64,000 nt of DNA from Spirochaetia bacterium (GTDB lineage: Bacteria > Spirochaetota > Spirochaetia > DSM-2461). The translations under genes and the position numbers were made by a program. The DNA lies in assembly GCA_963668315.1 (NCBI GenBank), contig OY764216.1, positions 512,001 to 576,000 on the forward strand, given 5' to 3'. Positions 10,462 through 20,281 of this stretch are shown piece after piece. The notes under the pieces are model-generated. The model saw only the letters and a list, made by a program, of their open reading frames with translations. It was not told the DNA's origin and did not search any database. Every line of letters starts with the position of its first letter. The first letter of the stretch is position 1.

Positions 10462-10548
10462 TTGATTCTCCCTATCCCCAGTATCGGAGAAAGGAAGGGA
10501 CCGGTTTAATCTTGACGGCAAAAAGGAGGAGGGAAGCCTGATGCGGCC

Positions 10549-11526
10549 TCAGGGAACTGTGACGATCACCTTTCCCCTATGGTTTCCCTCGCTGTAATGG
10601 CGAAAGGCGTCAATAATCTTTTCAAAAGGATAGGGTCCATCCATTACGACGCGCAGACTGCCCTGGTGGTAGAGTTCCTTCAGATACCCCAGGTTGCGGT
10701 TCGCCTTGAGGAGGACGACATTGAATTTCCTCCCCGTCAGAAATCGGATGATCCCCCGGAAGGCGAGAATGGTCATAAGTTTTTTGGAACTGCCTCCTAC
10801 GCTGATATAAGAGCCGCCCCGCTTGAGAAGATGGGTATAGCGGTAAAAAGCGTGGAATGTCTTCGTATCCACGATAAGGTCATACTTTCTCTCTTCCCCG
10901 AGGAATTCCCCTTTTTCATAGTCCAGTACTTTATCAAATCCCAGGTCGCTCATCATTTTCAGCTTATCCGAACGGTCTACCCCGGCGACATAGGATGCGC
11001 CCAGGGTTTTGGCTATCTGAAGCCCCAGGGTGCCCACGCCCCCTCCCGCTCCGTTTATCAGAACGGATTGACCGGGTTTGAGATTCCCCAGCTCGATCAG
11101 GGCCTGAAGCGCCAGCATGCCGGCCTGGGGCAGGGCAGCCGCCTCTTCGAAAGAGATATCCTCTCCCATGGGCGTGACTTCATTCTCTGAAGCACAGACA
11201 AATTCGGCGCAGCCGCCCCAGGATTCAGAGCCGCTCAAATCGCCGAAAACCAGATCTCCCTTTCTGTAACGGGTAACTCGTCTTCCCGTGTCCTCGACGA
11301 TTCCCGCTATATCCGAACCGGGGATAAATTTTCTGGGCTTGAACAGATTCCCCGCCATAGTCCTGTTCACATAGGGCTTGCCCCGGACCAGAGCCATATC
11401 CCAGTCATTCAGAGAAAAAGCCTTGATTCTTATTAGGACCTGATCCTCCCTGGGTATCGGCTTGGGGATGTCAATAATCTGCAGGACCTCCGGTCCACCA
11501 TAGCGTAAATAAGAAAGAGCCTTCAC
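10549..11526 (-). CDS. NAD(P)-dependent alcohol dehydrogenase / quinone oxidoreductase (MDR superfamily)
   Basis: YGGPEVL N-terminus, PGSDIAG, INGAGGGVG Rossmann motif, GKVIV C-terminus. Confidence 0.9.
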   Translation of the reverse strand: MKALSYLRYGGPEVLQIIDIPKPIPREDQVLIRIKAFSLNDWDMALVRGKPYVNRTMAGNLFKPRKFIPGSDIAGIVEDTGRRVTRYRKGDLVFGDLSGSESWGGCAEFVCASENEVTPMGEDISFEEAAALPQAGMLALQALIELGNLKPGQSVLINGAGGGVGTLGLQIAKTLGASYVAGVDRSDKLKMMSDLGFDKVLDYEKGEFLGEERKYDLIVDTKTFHAFYRYTHLLKRGGSYISVGGSSKKLMTILAFRGIIRFLTGRKFNVVLLKANRNLGYLKELYHQGSLRVVMDGPYPFEKIIDAFRHYSEGNHRGKVIVTVP

Positions 11527-11629
11527 CTATGGACCTCCACTCACTAAGTTAGTGCAAGGTGGGGGGAATTTCCATGGGAAAAGGCTTTTTTAGAAAAAAC
11601 CGGCTATCCCGGGCTTTCGGTTCCGGCCT

Positions 11630-12298
11630 TCATGCTTTTCCGCCCTCCAGCCAGAAGTCCAGCACCTTTTCTACCGCCCTGGGGAGGGCCGTATCGGAAG
11701 GATTAAGGACGAGTGTGGGTAATACCGTCTCTTCCGCCAGAGCGATGAGTCTTTCCTGCTCATACAGAAAGTGATTCAAAATCTCCCGGCGGGTTGAACC
11801 GAACCGTTTTATATAGCTGTTCCAGTGCTCATCCCGGAGTTCGAAGAGCCGTTCATCCAGCTGTTCCTCCGTTGCCGTCAAAAGACAAATTTTTCCGTTG
11901 ACCAAAGAGAGCCGGGCGTCGAAATCCTTCACGTCGCTCCACGAAAGAAAGTCGTAATGAAGGACATGGGTCAAATGAAAACGTTCAAAAAGCCAGGGAA
12001 TGCGGTGTATCGTGCTGTTCCTGCGGCACCACTCCATCTGCTCCAGCTTTCCATTGAGTCCCTCCAGATAGGAGAGGTGGCCGTCGAGCAGATCCAGACT
12101 GTCCTTCTTAACCAATGTTCCTTCCCTGGTTTTCTTCTCCAGAATTCTCTGAGTCTGATGTTCGGACAGGATCAGCGATGAGGGACAGGAGCGGCCCGTA
12201 TATCGTTCCGATCTCAAAAGGGCATCCATCAGAAAGGATTTTCCCGTTCCGCTGATGCCTTCCAGAATCAGCCCGAATACATTATCAGCCTCAGACAT
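11630..12298 (-). CDS. P-loop NTPase of nucleoside/nucleotide kinase (thymidylate-kinase-like) type
   Basis: LILEGISGTGKS Walker A; FERFHLT resembles the (D/E)R motif of dNMP kinases; 8-bp overlap with the upstream gene. Confidence 0.65.
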   Translation of the reverse strand: MSEADNVFGLILEGISGTGKSFLMDALLRSERYTGRSCPSSLILSEHQTQRILEKKTREGTLVKKDSLDLLDGHLSYLEGLNGKLEQMEWCRRNSTIHRIPWLFERFHLTHVLHYDFLSWSDVKDFDARLSLVNGKICLLTATEEQLDERLFELRDEHWNSYIKRFGSTRREILNHFLYEQERLIALAEETVLPTLVLNPSDTALPRAVEKVLDFWLEGGKA

Positions 12299-13253
12299 GG
12301 GGTTTTTCTCCTTTCTTACTTTTCATCCGGTCTTCATCGTAGATCACTTCGAAGACTTCAAAGATAACGGGGATATCCTCGGAAAACCGTTTTCCCGCCT
12401 CTTCGTACTCTCTGGCAAAGAAGTACCGATGGCCCTCCTGCCAGTATTCCAGGGAACCGTCCCCCTCCCCTTCTATGGCGGCTTCCTCTGCGTCGATATC
12501 CGAGAAGGGTTTCTCCCGAATCTCTTTTGTCTCAATGATGCAGGCGGGCATTCCGTTACCGTAGGTGATGAGGGAAAGCTCCCCCGCTACGGGTAATGCT
12601 TCTCCCTCTTCATAGAGCTCGCGGGCGGAGGCGGTTCCTCTTTTCCTGCCGATTTTCACAAGTCCCGCCAGATCATTGGCCATGCGGTCACCGAGCCCGA
12701 AGGACCATACGGAGTAGGACCGGCCTTCATATTCCCTGTTGCGCCGGAGAAAACGGGACCAGTACTCCTTCTGGGCCGCCTCTTTTTCCTCTTTCCCGGG
12801 AAGAGAGTACTCCAGGATAATCTGATCCACACAGCGGATCCCGTTCTCATAGAGGGGTTCGGCATAATTCTCCAGGAAATGATTCTGTTTTACCGAGGAT
12901 AGACGAAAACCGCATCTCTGGTACAGGGCCAGGGGACCGAGACTGCTGTTCCCTGTTTTAACAATCACCCGGCGGCACGACTTTTCCCGGGCCGCGGCCA
13001 GGGCAGTCTCTATAAGGTCCGTGCCGGTTCTTCTGTTACGCCAGTCCCTGTCCACCGAGACCGTCACGATCTCCGCGGTATTCTCCTCTCCGTCAAAGAG
13101 CACTCCTATCTGTCCGATGATGCGATCCTCCCCATAGGCGGCCCAGAACCGGGCTCTTTCGCGGTATGTCTCGATCATCTGCTCATCCTCATCGGCCAGC
13201 AGAAGAAGGGAAAGGGGAATCTCCCGGGGGAGAACATGTTTAATGACTGCCAT
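12291..13253 (-). CDS. GNAT N-acetyltransferase fused to an ASCH domain
   Basis: N-half: VSVDRDWRNRRTG acetyl-CoA motif and TGNSS...LYQRCGFR. C-half: WSFG...GRKRGTAS...EGEGDGSLEYW...H..FF, an ASCH signature. Confidence 0.85.
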   Translation of the reverse strand: MAVIKHVLPREIPLSLLLLADEDEQMIETYRERARFWAAYGEDRIIGQIGVLFDGEENTAEIVTVSVDRDWRNRRTGTDLIETALAAAREKSCRRVIVKTGNSSLGPLALYQRCGFRLSSVKQNHFLENYAEPLYENGIRCVDQIILEYSLPGKEEKEAAQKEYWSRFLRRNREYEGRSYSVWSFGLGDRMANDLAGLVKIGRKRGTASARELYEEGEALPVAGELSLITYGNGMPACIIETKEIREKPFSDIDAEEAAIEGEGDGSLEYWQEGHRYFFAREYEEAGKRFSEDIPVIFEVFEVIYDEDRMKSKKGEKPHV

Positions 13254-13261
13254 AGCGTTCC

Positions 13262-14944
13262 TTACAGCCGGGCCTCTTCCAGACCGCAGAAGGGATCCAC
13301 CGGATTCTGCCCGCGGAAAGCCTTCCGGCCCGTAATCAGCCTAATCAGCTCTTTCTGAATTTCATCCACCGGAGAGTAGGCGTTTATGTAGGTTTTTACA
13401 AGGGGGGCATCGAACAGATGGTAGGGATTGCTCAGGGAGATCATCATCGTGGGAACCGTATCCCAGGTACGGAACATGCTCCTCATGGTCCCCTTGTGCA
13501 GGGAGGGCCAGTCGGCGAAATAGGTCCCCTTTCCGAAATATTTGCTGCTGTTAAGGAGGTAGATAACCAGATCAAATGACTCCCGGCCGGGCATGATATC
13601 CTCCGTCATGAGGGTCACGTCGAAACCGGCCTCTTCCAGATACCGGGCGAAGGGCAGTTCCCGGGGAGGGCCGAAAATCGCGACCGGCTCGCTCTGGATC
13701 AGCAGGACGCGCTTATGGGTTTCCGGACTCACCGGCAGCAGGTTCTGCGTATCCTTGACCAGGGTCACGGACGATTCAAAGCACTCATCCCGCCAGGAAG
13801 CATGCTCGGCACAGCCCAGGACCGCTTCGGCCTTCTCCTGCGGAGGGATGGCTTTTTTCCGGTGAAGCCCCAGGGAAGCCTTGAGGGCCAGGATGCGGAG
13901 GACCGCCTCCTCCACCCGTTCCGCGGGGATGGTCCCGTCTTTGACGGCTTTCACCAGAAGGGCGTAATCCACATCGTCATCTACGGAAAAAAGGAAGATA
14001 TCACAGCCCCCGTTGATGACCTGGGGAACGATTTTCTCCCGGGGCCCGCGGGAGGAGATTCCCGCCATGCCGGTGGCGTCCGAAATGATAACCCCGTTGA
14101 ACCCCAGCTTCTCCCGCAGAAGTTTTCTGTTCAGCGAACCGGACAGGGAGGCGGGCAGGATATCCGCGGCGCCGGCTTCGGGATTCAGCTCTCTGTCCCA
14201 GGCGGCCAGGGTAATATGGGCGCTCATAACGGTTTTCACGCCCTCCTCAATCATGGTGCGGTAGATCTTTCCATAGGTGGCAAACCACCTTTCCATATCC
14301 ATGCTGTTATGGGTCGTGACCAGATGCTGATCCCGCTCGTCCATCCCGTCGCCGGGCCAGTGCTTGGCACAGGCGGCCATTCCCTCTTCCTGGAGGGCTT
14401 TGATGTAAAGCCGGCCCATTTCGGCGACCCTTGCCGGATCGCTCCCGAAGGAACGGGTGGCAGAGATATGGCTGCGGAAATTGTAGTTCACATCCACCAC
14501 GGGGGAGAAAGTCCAGTTGAATCCCAGGGCGCCTCCCTCCCGGGCGGCGATCCGTGCCATCCGCTCCGCATCCCTCTTCCATTCGCAGGACGCCGCCGTT
14601 CCCAGCTGGGTCTGCCAGGACGTCCCGGCCACGCCGATAGTTCCCAGCGTCCCGAATTCCAGATCACCGGTCATAAGGAGGGGTACGGAGGAGTTTTCCT
14701 GTAAATAGGAAGCCGAGTCCCGTAGATCCTTAACCGGGGTGGAGGCGAAACGCTGAACTCCGCCCGGCTTATAGGAGAGGATACGGTCCATATTCTCCCG
14801 GGAGAGCTCACCGCAGAGGGGTATGAACATCTGCCCCGCCTTCTCTTCATCGGACAGGGACTGCCACGTCTCTTTGACCCATTCCAGATCATTATCATCC
14901 AGATGGAAAGGCGCATTTTTCAAATCTTCCGGTTTCACAGGCAT
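13262..14944 (-). CDS. Glycoside hydrolase family 3 (beta-N-acetylhexosaminidase / beta-glycoside phosphorylase type)
   Basis: SPVVDV, RSFG, KHWPGDGMDERDQH, LLREKLGFNGVIISDA; no signal peptide. Confidence 0.9.
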   Translation of the reverse strand: MPVKPEDLKNAPFHLDDNDLEWVKETWQSLSDEEKAGQMFIPLCGELSRENMDRILSYKPGGVQRFASTPVKDLRDSASYLQENSSVPLLMTGDLEFGTLGTIGVAGTSWQTQLGTAASCEWKRDAERMARIAAREGGALGFNWTFSPVVDVNYNFRSHISATRSFGSDPARVAEMGRLYIKALQEEGMAACAKHWPGDGMDERDQHLVTTHNSMDMERWFATYGKIYRTMIEEGVKTVMSAHITLAAWDRELNPEAGAADILPASLSGSLNRKLLREKLGFNGVIISDATGMAGISSRGPREKIVPQVINGGCDIFLFSVDDDVDYALLVKAVKDGTIPAERVEEAVLRILALKASLGLHRKKAIPPQEKAEAVLGCAEHASWRDECFESSVTLVKDTQNLLPVSPETHKRVLLIQSEPVAIFGPPRELPFARYLEEAGFDVTLMTEDIMPGRESFDLVIYLLNSSKYFGKGTYFADWPSLHKGTMRSMFRTWDTVPTMMISLSNPYHLFDAPLVKTYINAYSPVDEIQKELIRLITGRKAFRGQNPVDPFCGLEEARL

Positions 14945-15114
14945 CTCCCGAATCTAAAGTGATTTACATCAGGATACGCCTGTTTTTTAAATAAGTCCAA
15001 CGGGTTTTTCGGGGATTTTGAAGAAGTGAGGATCACAGGGAGAGAAGTTTCTTGCGCTTATCTTTTTCCTGAACTAAAATTATAGAAGGAACATTACTTC
15101 CCAAGGATACGTTT

Positions 15115-15384
15115 TTGACCCTGGATTCGGAATATTTCGTATTAATTGTTTTTATTGTCAGCACTCTGCTGATCTGGAAACCCCTGAGGAGTTCCGACCT
15201 AAGGGGAAAAACCTGGCTTTTCCTCTCCCTCCTCTCCTATCTTCTGTCAAATATCTTCACCATCGCGGAAGGCTGGATTTTCCCCATAGCCTTCAATAGA
15301 GCCGAACATGCCTTTATCCTCCTAGGTTCACTCTTTATGCTCATGGGCCTCGGGAAATCATTTCCCGGAAGAAGGGAACCGTGA
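15115..15384 (+). CDS. Small 3-TM membrane protein, probable partner of the downstream sensor kinase
   Basis: 89 aa, TTG start, three hydrophobic segments, GTGA overlap with the kinase, similar to the kinase N-terminus. Confidence 0.6.
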   Translation: MTLDSEYFVLIVFIVSTLLIWKPLRSSDLRGKTWLFLSLLSYLLSNIFTIAEGWIFPIAFNRAEHAFILLGSLFMLMGLGKSFPGRREP

Positions 15385-17186
15385 ATGAGATCGCCTTATT
15401 TAATCTGATTTCCCTGGGACTCCTTCTTTTAGCCATGGGCTGGATTGTTCTATACGGCAGAAAGCTCTCCAAGGCTCTATGGATAGAAGTGCCCCTGCTG
15501 CTGGCGCTTTTATCCTATGCCTTCATAAATCTGTCAAATTTTCTGGAACACTGCGACCTAACCGATTTTTTCGATCCCATAGAGGATATCGTGGAAATTC
15601 TCTTCCTTGTCCTCTTCCTCTTTTTTATTCTGGGCTACCGCGCCTATATGCATATTAGAGAGGTAATAGAGCGGGAAGACTGGTTTTATTCCGCGGTTAA
15701 TTCACTCGATAACGGCATCATAGCCACAGATGAGAAAGGGAATATTCACTTTACCAACAGCAAGATGGAGGAGATGACAGGAGTCGGCTGGAAAGAGGCC
15801 CTGGCTAAACCGGTCGGGGATCTCCTCTGTTTCTACGACAAGGAGACGAAAAAATCCCTCGATTTCGATCCCTTTGAGATGGCCCGCCGGCAGGATAAGG
15901 CCGATCCCTACCCTTCGGGAGTCTATCTGAAAAGCCGGAACGGTACTATGTCGCTCGTGCTCTGCCATACTTCGCCGGTAAAGGACAGGGAGGGAAAAAT
16001 CCTTGGCATGATAGGCAGCTTCAATGATGTGAGTTCCTATTACTCCATGATGGAGCAGCTGAATCATCTGCAGAAAATGAAAGCCATAGGCCAGCTGACC
16101 AGCGGGATAGCCCATGACCTGAACAACATGCTGGGTGGTATTTCGGGAGCGGCGGAACTGCTGCAGAGCCAGCTGGAAAACTGCCCGGATAATACATCCG
16201 CCGAGCTTATGGATATCCTGTCCTACTCTGTGGAAAATGCCCGGGAACTGACCGCGAACCTTCTCTCCTTCAGCAGAAAAGAGAGAAGTGTCACCACCAC
16301 CGTTGAGCTGGGCGGGATCCTGCGCAAATCAACGGAAATCGCGAAGCGAACCATCGATAAAATTATCTCCATAAAAATGATCCTGCCCGACGGGGACCTC
16401 TATGTGACCGGAGATCCCGCCCAGCTTCAGAACGCCTTTCTGAATCTTATGCTGAATGCCAGAGATGCCCAGCCCCAGGGCGGGGAGATCGGGATATTGC
16501 TGGAGAAATCCGTTCTGGACGGCGATTACTGCCGCTCATCCGGTTACAGGATAACGCCGGGGAATTACGCCGTTATCAGAATATGCGACAGGGGAAGCGG
16601 AATCAAACCGGAAATAATGGATAGGATCTTTGAGCCCTTTTTCACGACGAAGGAGAAGGGCAAAGGCACCGGTCTGGGGCTGACCGCCGTGAATAACACG
16701 GTGACGAATCACAACGGGGCGATGGAAATCATCAACCGGGAGAAAGGGGGATGCTGTGTCAATCTCTGGTTCCCTCTGGCCGACAGCGGAACTTTTCAGG
16801 ACGATTCAGTAGCCGTTGCGAAAAGGAAAAGCCTGAAAGGGCTCAGCCTGCTGATAATTGACGATGAATCGATTATCAGGACGACAACGGAATTATTGCT
16901 GAAAACCGAGGATATCTCCTGCGAAACGGCCGAATCAGGACAGAGAGGCCTGGAGATTCTTTCCCGGTCACCCGAACTGTTTGATGCCGTTATTGTGGAT
17001 CTTATAATGCCCCGGATGGGCGGACAGGAGACGGCGGAGAAGATTCATGAATTGTATCCGAACCTTTCCGTCTACTGGATGTCCGGCTACAGCCGGAACG
17101 AGGAAATCCCCTCCTACCTTAAAGGGTTCATCAGGAAACCGTTTAAGAAAGAGGAGATACTGCAGCTGCTTGCCGATACTCTGTAA
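15381..17186 (+). CDS. Hybrid sensor histidine kinase (3 TM, PAS, HisKA, HATPase, REC)
   Basis: H-box GIAHDLNN, N-box NLMLNARDA, G-boxes DRGSGI / FFTTKEKGKGTGLGL, receiver IIDDE...DLIMP...KPF. Confidence 0.95.
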   Translation: MNEIALFNLISLGLLLLAMGWIVLYGRKLSKALWIEVPLLLALLSYAFINLSNFLEHCDLTDFFDPIEDIVEILFLVLFLFFILGYRAYMHIREVIEREDWFYSAVNSLDNGIIATDEKGNIHFTNSKMEEMTGVGWKEALAKPVGDLLCFYDKETKKSLDFDPFEMARRQDKADPYPSGVYLKSRNGTMSLVLCHTSPVKDREGKILGMIGSFNDVSSYYSMMEQLNHLQKMKAIGQLTSGIAHDLNNMLGGISGAAELLQSQLENCPDNTSAELMDILSYSVENARELTANLLSFSRKERSVTTTVELGGILRKSTEIAKRTIDKIISIKMILPDGDLYVTGDPAQLQNAFLNLMLNARDAQPQGGEIGILLEKSVLDGDYCRSSGYRITPGNYAVIRICDRGSGIKPEIMDRIFEPFFTTKEKGKGTGLGLTAVNNTVTNHNGAMEIINREKGGCCVNLWFPLADSGTFQDDSVAVAKRKSLKGLSLLIIDDESIIRTTTELLLKTEDISCETAESGQRGLEILSRSPELFDAVIVDLIMPRMGGQETAEKIHELYPNLSVYWMSGYSRNEEIPSYLKGFIRKPFKKEEILQLLADTL

Positions 17187-17189
17187 ATC

Positions 17190-18068
17190 CTATTCCCGGA
17201 AAAGCTTCCTGTACTCCCCGGGCGTATAATTGGTCAGTTTCTTCATTACCGTACTGAAATAGTTGCTCGAGGAGAAACCGGCATCCAGGGCAATCTGGGT
17301 GACCGGCATATCGGTTGTCTTCAATAGCTTCTTGGCATATTCCAGCTTTTTGAAAGTTATGTAATTGGCCGGGGTTATCCCGACCTCTTCTTTGAACTTG
17401 CTCTTGAAGCGGGAAAGGGAATAGCCCGATATAACCGCCAGCTCCTGAAGGCGGATGATCTCCCGGTACTCCTTCTCTATGAGCTCAAGCACTCTCTTGA
17501 TATTTTTATCATGGCTGATTTTTCTGGCCGGACTTACGGGAATATACTCGGGGATTTTAAAAAGGAAGCAGCTTAAATACTGAACCCCCAGCATCAGGGC
17601 GTCGGGATTTCCATCGCTGATATTCTCAAACGCCTGCCGCAGAAGCTGATGATCGGCCGGATCAAAACGAAGATGCCTGTAATCCCGGCAGGTGATGATT
17701 TTCTCCAGCGCCCTGCTGTATTCTTCGTTCAATCCCAGCAGAGTCGACCCTTTCGTCAGGTCCAGCTGAAAACCGTAAAAAGAGCAGGGGCTCTGGTGAA
17801 AACTGCCGTTGCTGTGCTCTTCGTTGGGGAAGATGATGAAGAGTTCATTCCCCGTTATGGTATACTCTTTTTCATTGAGCCGGCTTATTCTTTTTCCTTT
17901 TATCAGACAGTGTATCTCAACGATGTCACGATGGTGATGCAGGGGGGTCGGAGGAAAGGCGGAAGAGATGTTCCAGTAAGCGAAGTTCTTTAGCCCTATG
18001 ATTTTATGCTGCTCCTGAGTTATGACTTTTTTATTTTCTTCCCAGCAGAATGAATCAAATATTTCCAA
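17190..18068 (-). CDS. AraC family transcriptional regulator
   Basis: Cupin-like N-terminus (LHHH..EIH); C-terminal double HTH (IALDAGFSSSNYFS..KK....TPGEYRK); divergent from the sugar operon. Confidence 0.92.
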   Translation of the reverse strand: MEIFDSFCWEENKKVITQEQHKIIGLKNFAYWNISSAFPPTPLHHHRDIVEIHCLIKGKRISRLNEKEYTITGNELFIIFPNEEHSNGSFHQSPCSFYGFQLDLTKGSTLLGLNEEYSRALEKIITCRDYRHLRFDPADHQLLRQAFENISDGNPDALMLGVQYLSCFLFKIPEYIPVSPARKISHDKNIKRVLELIEKEYREIIRLQELAVISGYSLSRFKSKFKEEVGITPANYITFKKLEYAKKLLKTTDMPVTQIALDAGFSSSNYFSTVMKKLTNYTPGEYRKLFRE

Positions 18069-18203
18069 CAGAAAAACCTCAAAATGTATAAAATCGTACT
18101 AAATATTTTATCGAATGTGTGATCCGACAAGTGCCATTATAGTACATCTATCACGAATAGGAAATCGTAATTTTTATTTGACAGCAGAAAGAGGTTGAGA
18201 CCA

Positions 18204-19121
18204 ATGGAAACAACAATCGATAACGGTGTATGGCCGGTTATGATCACGCCTTATACGGCGGATAACAAGATTGACTACGACGGTGTTTCGGAAATACTGG
18301 AATGGTATGCAAAACAGAAAGTGACCGGGATCTTCGCCGTTTGCCAGTCAAGCGAGATGTTTTTTCTCTCCCGGGAGGAACGGCTGGAACTGGCGAAGTT
18401 CGTTATCGACAACAAGGGCAAAGACCAGGGCGTCATCGTCTCCGGCCACGTCGCCGAGAAGCCGGAAGATCAGATCGCCGAGGCCCGGGAAATCATCGAA
18501 TACGGTGTTGATTCCTATGTGTTCATCTCCAATCAGTTTGCCAGGGAAGGTGAGGGAGAAGACGTGGTCAAGAAGAACATTGAAAATCTTCTCAGCCATC
18601 TACCTAAGGGAAACTTCGGAATCTATGAATGCCCCTACCCCTACAAACGTCTCATCTCGCCGGAATTGCTCAAATGGTGCGCCGATACGGGCAAGTTCAC
18701 CTTCCTCAAGGATACCTGCTGCAATATCAATGAAATCAAGGCGAAGCTGAAGGCGGTGGAAGGAAGCAACCTGAAGCTGTACAATGCCAACGCGGCCACT
18801 CTCCTTGAGAGCCTGAAAGCCGGGGCTGCCGGTTATTCCGGCGTTATGGCCAACTTCCATGGCGATGTTTACGAATGGCTGTGCCGGAACTACGCCAAAG
18901 AGCCGGAAAAAGCCGAAATCGTCCAGAATTTTCTGGGTCTGGCCAGTGTCATAGAGTGCCAGCTCTACCCGACCAATGCCAAATTCCACATGCAGCTCGA
19001 GGGACTGAATGTCAATCTCTTCAGCCGTGTTCAGGACTTTACCGGGCTCACATCCAGCCGTCAAATGGAAGTGGTCCAGCTCAGACAGGCTGTGGATTAC
19101 ATCAGGAAGAATATTTTATAG
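18204..19121 (+). CDS. DapA/N-acetylneuraminate-lyase superfamily aldolase
   Basis: PVMITPY...IDY, CQSSE (in place of GTTGE), catalytic Tyr in YECP and Schiff-base Lys in LKDT; ATG after GAGG. Confidence 0.85.
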   Translation: METTIDNGVWPVMITPYTADNKIDYDGVSEILEWYAKQKVTGIFAVCQSSEMFFLSREERLELAKFVIDNKGKDQGVIVSGHVAEKPEDQIAEAREIIEYGVDSYVFISNQFAREGEGEDVVKKNIENLLSHLPKGNFGIYECPYPYKRLISPELLKWCADTGKFTFLKDTCCNINEIKAKLKAVEGSNLKLYNANAATLLESLKAGAAGYSGVMANFHGDVYEWLCRNYAKEPEKAEIVQNFLGLASVIECQLYPTNAKFHMQLEGLNVNLFSRVQDFTGLTSSRQMEVVQLRQAVDYIRKNIL

Positions 19122-19169
19122 GTAATTACCCGCCAAGGGATGATTATAAAGAAAATCGGAGGTTTTAAA

Positions 19170-20180
19170 ATGAAAAAGCTATCATTATTCACACTGGCTC
19201 TTGCCGTTCTCGTCTCTTTCTCTACATGGGCAAACGGCAAATCGGACGACTCATCCAAACCGGTTGAGCTTATTTTCACCTCGGTATCCGTTTCGGGAGA
19301 CTCCCATACGGAAGCCATGTATGTTTTTGCCGACAAGGTAAAGGAACTGACCGGCGGCTCCGTGGAAGTCAAGGTTTACGACAACGGAACCCTATTCACG
19401 GCAGAGAACGAGTTTGACGCGCTGATCAGCGGAGAGACCGATATGGCTTATATCTCCTTTCCCCAGATCGCCACTCAGATTCCCTCTTTCAGCATGTTCG
19501 GTTCGGGCTACTTCTTCAGCTCCTACGACCATATGACATCCGTTCTCAACGGGGAAATCGCCGAGAAGAATATCTGGCCCCAGGTTCGGGAAACCCTGAA
19601 TGTGGAGCCCCTGGGAAGTCTTTACCTCGGAAGCCGGGTCGTCAATACGAGAAACCGGGAAGTCAACAGCTATGCCGACATGAACGGCCTTCTGATGCGT
19701 ATGCCCAATTCCGAAGCCTGGCTCTTCCTCGGAGAGGCTCTGGGCGCCAACCCCACGCCCCTCTCTTTCAGCGAGCTGTATACGGCTCTTCAGACCGGTG
19801 CCGTTGACGGACAGGATAACCCCCTTCCCACCATCGAGAGCGCCAAGTTCTACGAAGTCACCAAATACATCGCCATTACCAACCATGTCATCGACTCCAT
19901 CATGCCCTGCGTGAACAAAGCCAAATGGGATTCCATGACTCCCGACCAGCAGAAAGCCGTCAGGGAAGCCATGAAGTTCGCCATCGACTATAACGATAAG
20001 ACCAGAATCGAAAACGAAGCCAGCAAGGTTGCCTTTTTCGAAGGACAGGGCCTTACCGTTACCTATCCCGATATCGCCGATTTCAGAAGTCATGTTCAGG
20101 CCGCCTACGAAGCCAACACGGCTATGACATCAACCTGGGACATGGATCTGTACAAGAAAGTACAGGACATGGCGAAATAA
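19170..20180 (+). CDS. dctP: TRAP transporter substrate-binding protein (SiaP-like, sugar acid)
   Basis: Signal peptide; GLLMRMP (conserved Arg), LGANPTPLSFSELYTALQTGAVDGQDNP. Confidence 0.93.
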   Translation: MKKLSLFTLALAVLVSFSTWANGKSDDSSKPVELIFTSVSVSGDSHTEAMYVFADKVKELTGGSVEVKVYDNGTLFTAENEFDALISGETDMAYISFPQIATQIPSFSMFGSGYFFSSYDHMTSVLNGEIAEKNIWPQVRETLNVEPLGSLYLGSRVVNTRNREVNSYADMNGLLMRMPNSEAWLFLGEALGANPTPLSFSELYTALQTGAVDGQDNPLPTIESAKFYEVTKYIAITNHVIDSIMPCVNKAKWDSMTPDQQKAVREAMKFAIDYNDKTRIENEASKVAFFEGQGLTVTYPDIADFRSHVQAAYEANTAMTSTWDMDLYKKVQDMAK

Positions 20181-20203
20181 CCATTCTATACTGACAGTCA
20201 ATA

Positions 20204-20235
20204 GCCGCTCCCGAAAATCATTTTTCGGGAGCGGT
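20204..20235 (+). terminator. Intercistronic stem-loop after dctP (mRNA stabiliser or partial terminator)
   Basis: ccgctcccgaaaa ... ttttcgggagcgg inverted repeat. Confidence 0.7.
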
Positions 20236-20281
20236 ATATCATCCTGTTGCCAAATTATCTAAAAAAAAGGGGGAAATTCTA

